Positions 8,951 through 12,058 of a stretch of DNA of 12,058 nt are shown here, piece after piece (positions within the stretch are counted from its first letter, which is position 1; every line of letters begins with the position of its first letter). The position numbers and the translations under genes are program-made. The notes beneath the pieces were generated by a model. That model made no database searches. It was not told where the DNA came from and worked only from the letters and a program-made list of their open reading frames with translations. The stretch comes from a virus (Duplodnaviria; Heunggongvirae; Uroviricota; Caudoviricetes): IMG/VR virus record IMGVR_UViG_2698536418_000030. The stretch is one strand, 5' to 3'.

Positions 8951-10279
8951 TTACCAGCCTGTAATGTAGTTATCGCCCGCGTAAATATTCAGCCCCATAC
9001 CGTCCTCGGTGACGCGGGAACTGGTCAGACGTAACCCCTCGGCAAGTTCGACGCGCAGCGAGGCTTCCGCATTCACTTTTTGTTCCTGCGGTTCCTTATC
9101 CGGGGCCGTCCATTTCTGATACAGGTCGGTTACAAAACCGCCCAGATACTCCCCGGCGACACTGCCCAGCGTGGCACCGGCAACCGTACCCAGCGGTCCG
9201 GCAAGGCTGCCAACGGCACCGCCGAGCCATGCACCGGCTGTACTGCCAATTGCGCCTGCTTTTTCATGGGTTGACGCCTGCTCATCCATCAGGACGGGGG
9301 CAAGCTGGAGTGCCCCCATTACTGGGCCACCCAGACGTGACAACACACGACCGGCACCTTTCCCCATCCAGCCCAGCGCCCCGGCACCTTTTGTCACAAC
9401 CCGACCGATCGCACTGCCTGCAAGTTTGTTTCCGATACCGGAAAACCACCCGCCAACAGCACGCCCGGCATCAGCCAGCTTTCCGACCGTTCCCGTAACC
9501 AGTTGCCCGGCAGCACTGCCTGCAAGCCTGCTCAGAAGACCGGATTTACCGGGTAAAGGTAATGGTGCAGGCCGTGCTGTTACCGGTACGCCGGGTGGGG
9601 GTAATGCCAGTACAGGGCGTGGTGCAGGTAATGCCAGCGGCTGTGGCCCGGACAGCAATAACGGCTGGCGGGGTAACAGCGGGGCCATTCTTCCGCCGCT
9701 CCGTCCGCGACGACCGCCGCCACTCCCGTAGCCACCAAATCCACGGGGCCAGTTGATGACAAACACACGCTGAATGCCGATACCCTGCAACAGCGTCTCA
9801 GACGTCATGGCATCCGGGACCGGCAGACCTGCCTGCCCACGTTTGCGGTTTCGCATCCAGCGCCACATACGACGCCCGGTTTTAAACGGATAACTGGCAA
9901 CCTGCCATGAGGGTTTTGCCACGGCCCAGCCTGCTCTCAGGGCTTTATTGGCAAGCCAGACAGACACCAGAACAGCAGCCAGTTTTTTCAGGCTGACAAT
10001 ATTCTGGTCAACCCATGCCAGCGCATCTTTACCCGGTTTCAGCCAGCGCCATAATTCCTGCGCCGCGATTTTTACCGTTCTGAACGTGGTCAGAAATTTC
10101 TGACCAATGTTTTCTGCCAGTGCGTCAAGTTCCCCGGATTTATCCGCCATGTCGTGCCAGTTAAGCACCCGGCGCATCTCGTTCTTGATTTCTTCAAAGG
10201 GGCCGCTGTTTGCCACCTTTATGCGAAATTCAAGCAGGTTAGCTTCCATCTGGGCGAACATCCCGTCCCAGGAGTTCAT
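8951..10279 (-). CDS. Phage tail tape measure protein, C-terminal portion. Likely 5'-truncated: the frame stays open upstream of the first ATG to 10471 and ends at a TAA inside the gix-like site.
   Basis: 442 aa from the first ATG. Contains a hydrophobic segment, a Pro-rich linker ([34 protein letters not shown]) and long glycine-zipper repeats ([20 protein letters not shown].., GxxxG pattern) typical of tape-measure C-terminal halves. Position upstream of the N-like gene. Hand translation of 10280-10471 gives 64 further sense codons with no start codon. Confidence 0.65.
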   Translation of the reverse strand: MNSWDGMFAQMEANLLEFRIKVANSGPFEEIKNEMRRVLNWHDMADKSGELDALAENIGQKFLTTFRTVKIAAQELWRWLKPGKDALAWVDQNIVSLKKLAAVLVSVWLANKALRAGWAVAKPSWQVASYPFKTGRRMWRWMRNRKRGQAGLPVPDAMTSETLLQGIGIQRVFVINWPRGFGGYGSGGGRRGRSGGRMAPLLPRQPLLLSGPQPLALPAPRPVLALPPPGVPVTARPAPLPLPGKSGLLSRLAGSAAGQLVTGTVGKLADAGRAVGGWFSGIGNKLAGSAIGRVVTKGAGALGWMGKGAGRVLSRLGGPVMGALQLAPVLMDEQASTHEKAGAIGSTAGAWLGGAVGSLAGPLGTVAGATLGSVAGEYLGGFVTDLYQKWTAPDKEPQEQKVNAEASLRVELAEGLRLTSSRVTEDGMGLNIYAGDNYITGW

Positions 10280-10467
10280 CGCACTGGCCTGTGCACCTTT
10301 TGACTGTTCTGACAGCGTTCTGAATACCGTCAGAATGGATTTCAGACCCAGCTTGCCTTTTTCACCTTGTTTGCGGATATCCTTAACGTCTTCTTTACCC
10401 AGTGCATCCGCCAGCGTCTGGTAAACGTTAATACCGTAACCGGTCAGCAGGTTGGCATCCGCCGCCG

Positions 10468-10493
10468 TGATTTAAAACCGAGGTTTTAGATAA
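10468..10493. other. Second gix-like recombination site, immediately upstream of the invertase gene: TGATTTAAAACC-GA-GGTTTTAGATAA
   Basis: 20 of 26 identical to the site at 3175-3200 in direct orientation, with the same GA core (10480-10481). The gin-proximal half GGTTTTAGATAA differs from the 3175-3200 outer half by 1 nt; the distal half is more diverged. Lies 55 bp upstream of the invertase GTG start. Confidence 0.7.
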
Positions 10494-10547
10494 TGGCTGT
10501 TTCCGGCCTGCATGGCATGATTTGCGCTTTTAAACGGGAGATCCAGA
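10494..10547 (+). promoter_or_regulatory. Invertase 5' leader with ribosome-binding site; the promoter probably overlaps the adjacent crossover site
   Basis: GGGAG at 10536-10540, 7 nt before the GTG start at 10548. In Mu the gin promoter is said to overlap the adjacent gix site (from memory). No clear -35/-10 pair identified by eye. Confidence 0.3.
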
Positions 10548-11141
10548 GTGCTGATTGGCTATGTAAGGGTATCAACAAATGACCAGAATACAGACCTGCA
10601 ACGAAACGCTCTTGTTTGTGCAGGATGTGAACAAATATTTGAAGATAAATTAAGCGGAACAAGGACAGACAGACCTGGATTAAAACGCGCTTTAAAGCGC
10701 CTTCAAAAAGGTGACACACTTGTTGTCTGGAAACTGGATCGCCTCGGGCGAAGCATGAAACATTTGATTTCTCTCGTAGGGGAATTACGAGAGCGAGGGA
10801 TTAATTTTCGCAGTCTTACTGACAGTATTGATACGTCATCTCCAATGGGGCGTTTTTTCTTCCACGTTATGGGTGCCCTGGCTGAGATGGAACGAGAACT
10901 AATCATCGAGCGAACGATGGCTGGACTTGCTGCCGCCAGAAATAAAGGCCGTATTGGTGGGCGACCACCTAAACTAACCAAAGCGGAATGGGAGCAGGCC
11001 GGGCGTTTATTAGCACAAGGAATCCCCCGCAAGCAGGTTGCATTGATCTACGATGTGGCCCTGTCAACTCTGTATAAAAAACACCCCGCGAAACGAACGC
11101 ATATAGAAAACGACGATCGAATCAATCAAATCGATCGGTAA
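10548..11141 (+). CDS. gin: Serine recombinase DNA invertase (Gin of phage Mu; Hin/Cin/Pin family), GTG start
   Basis: 197-aa product MLIGYVRVSTNDQNTDLQRNALVCAGCEQIFEDKLSGTRTDRPGLKRALKRLQKGDTLVVWKLDRLGRS.. carries the resolvase/invertase catalytic N-terminal domain (serine in VRVST) and a C-terminal helix-turn-helix (GRPPKLTKAEWEQAGRLLAQGIPRKQVALIYDVALSTLYKK). Essentially the Gin/Pin sequence as I recall it. Followed by com and mom. Confidence 0.95.
   Translation: MLIGYVRVSTNDQNTDLQRNALVCAGCEQIFEDKLSGTRTDRPGLKRALKRLQKGDTLVVWKLDRLGRSMKHLISLVGELRERGINFRSLTDSIDTSSPMGRFFFHVMGALAEMERELIIERTMAGLAAARNKGRIGGRPPKLTKAEWEQAGRLLAQGIPRKQVALIYDVALSTLYKKHPAKRTHIENDDRINQIDR
10566..10635. promoter_or_regulatory. 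Probable Fis-dependent recombinational enhancer (sis-like) inside the 5' part of the invertase coding sequence
   Basis: GGTATCAACAAATGACC (10568-10584) resembles the Hin enhancer proximal Fis site GGTGTCAACAATTGACC (recalled). A second G..N13..C candidate lies about 48 bp downstream (10618-10632). Both sit about 95-150 bp from the centre of the 10468-10493 site, as in the Hin/Gin systems. Confidence 0.4.
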
Positions 11142-11223
11142 TACAGATCGATTATGTCTCAATAACCACACTCAACCCATGATGTTTTTTAAGATAGTGG
11201 CGAATTGATGCAAAGGAGGTGAG
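11105..11223 (+). promoter_or_regulatory. mom operon control region: Dam-methylation (GATC) cluster, T6 tract and weak promoter, then the com ribosome-binding site
   Basis: Three GATC sites within 35 bp (11115-11118, 11133-11136, 11146-11149). TTTTTT at 11185-11190 followed by TAAGAT. AGGAGG at 11213-11218 before the com ATG. Matches the known Dam/OxyR- and C-dependent organisation of Mu Pmom. Confidence 0.55.
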
Positions 11224-11412
11224 ATGAAATCAATTCGCTGTAAAAACTGCAACAAACTGTTATTTAAGGCGGATTCCTTTGATCACATTGAAATCAGGTG
11301 TCCGCGTTGCAAACGTCACATCATAATGCTGAATGCCTGCGAGCATCCCATGGAGAAACATTGTGGGAAAAGAGAAAAAATCACGCATTCTGACGAAACC
11401 GTGCGTTATTGA
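11224..11412 (+). CDS. com: Com, zinc-finger translational activator of mom
   Basis: 62-aa product [41 protein letters not shown].. with a C-x2-C..C-x2-C zinc finger. Matches Mu Com as recalled. Strong ribosome-binding site. Overlaps the mom start. Confidence 0.95.
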   Translation: MKSIRCKNCNKLLFKADSFDHIEIRCPRCKRHIIMLNACEHPMEKHCGKREKITHSDETVRY

Positions 11413-12058
11413 GTATGAAGGCCAGATTGTTGGCTATGGTTCAAAGGAGCTGCGCGTTGAAACCATATCTTGCTGGCTGGCCCGCACAATTATTCAGACA
11501 AAGCACTATTCCCGCCGTTTTGTGAATAACTCTTACCTCCACCTGGGAGTATTCAGCGGACGCGATCTGGTTGGCGTTCTCCAGTGGGGATATGCCCTTA
11601 ACCCCAACTCAGGTCGTCGTGTCGTGCTTGAAACGGATAACCGGGGCTATATGGAGTTGAACCGCATGTGGCTACACGACGACATGCCCCGCAACTCTGA
11701 ATCACGGGCCATCAGTTATGCACTGAAAACCATAAGGTTACTGTATCCGTCAGTGGAGTGGGTTCAGTCTTTTGCAGACGAACGCTGCGGACGTGCTGGC
11801 GTTGTGTATCAGGCGTCAAATTTTGATTTTATTGGCAGCCATGAAAGCACGTTCTACGAGCTGGATGGTGAGTGGTATCACGAGATAACGATGAACGCGA
11901 TTAAACGCGGTGGACAACGAGGCGTGTATTTACGGGCTAATAAAGAGCGTGCCGTGGTGCACAAATTTAATCAGTATCGCTACATCAGGTTCCTGAACAA
12001 GCGAGCAAGGAAGCGACTAAATACCAAGCTATTCAAGGTTCAGCCATACCCTAAGTGA
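11363..12058 (+). CDS. mom: Mom, DNA adenine-modification protein (anti-restriction). Start assigned to GTG at 11363; the frame is open from ATG 11333.
   Basis: ORF in the +2 frame overlapping the 3' end of com. GGAG at 11352-11355 lies 7 nt before GTG 11363, giving a 231-aa product, the Mu Mom length as I recall it. No ribosome-binding site precedes ATG 11333. Ends at TGA 12056-12058, the window end. Confidence 0.85.
   Translation: MGKEKKSRILTKPCVIEYEGQIVGYGSKELRVETISCWLARTIIQTKHYSRRFVNNSYLHLGVFSGRDLVGVLQWGYALNPNSGRRVVLETDNRGYMELNRMWLHDDMPRNSESRAISYALKTIRLLYPSVEWVQSFADERCGRAGVVYQASNFDFIGSHESTFYELDGEWYHEITMNAIKRGGQRGVYLRANKERAVVHKFNQYRYIRFLNKRARKRLNTKLFKVQPYPK

Noticed and set aside
8935-8960. 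Possible additional gix-like site (AAACATGGTTTT) at the junction of the N-like and tape-measure-like genes
   Set aside because: Only the central AAAC..GGTTTT resembles a crossover site; both outer half-site arms fail to match. Most likely chance similarity.
9171-9731. 186-aa proline-rich + strand ORF (also 9229-9498 and 9562-9756)
   Set aside because: Mirror image of the Pro/Gly-rich low-complexity region of the tape-measure-like gene on the - strand; not an independent gene.
10468-10493. Site B as a shufflon-like crossover that fuses the tape-measure fragment to an alternative N-terminus
   Set aside because: The tape-measure frame hits an in-frame TAA inside the site, so no translational fusion can read through it. 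This contrasts with the 3175-3200 site, which is read in frame.
10703-11032. 109-aa - strand ORF inside the invertase gene
   Set aside because: Antisense to a confidently identified serine recombinase gene; no supporting signals.
11333-11362. ATG 11333 as the mom start (241-aa product)
   Set aside because: No Shine-Dalgarno precedes it, whereas GGAG precedes GTG 11363 at ideal spacing and gives the 231-aa length I recall for Mu Mom. Not experimentally resolved here.
1-12058. tRNA, rRNA, CRISPR array, IS element or transposon ends
   Set aside because: No cloverleaf-like structures, spacer-repeat arrays or terminal inverted repeats with transposase ORFs were seen. The only recombinase is the serine invertase.

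Overview
This window is the tail-fibre/baseplate end of a Mu-like phage or prophage, with the beta region (DNA invertase gin, com, mom) on the + strand at the right (10548-12058). The invertase, Com and Mom are recognised by sequence; the tail genes are assigned from gene order, size and recognisable family features, not from a database search. At the left (1-3200) is a G-type invertible tail-fibre cassette: two convergent pairs of variable tail-fibre C-terminal segment plus tail-fibre assembly chaperone, with a 26-bp gix-type crossover site (3175-3200) in frame inside the tail-fibre gene. Between cassette and invertase, all on the - strand, lie the constant tail-fibre part, six baseplate/tail genes in the Mu R-W-V-Q-P-N order, and a tape-measure-like ORF. 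The main finding is the topology: in canonical Mu the invertase directly abuts the G segment and all tail genes share its strand, but here about 7.3 kb of tail genes sits between them on the opposite strand. A second gix-like site (10468-10493) lies just upstream of gin, in direct orientation to the cassette site, and the tape-measure reading frame runs without a start codon up to a TAA inside that site. This fits a roughly 10.5-kb inversion of cassette plus tail module, with one breakpoint at the gin-proximal site and the other just beyond the window start. No tRNA, rRNA, CRISPR or IS element was seen.
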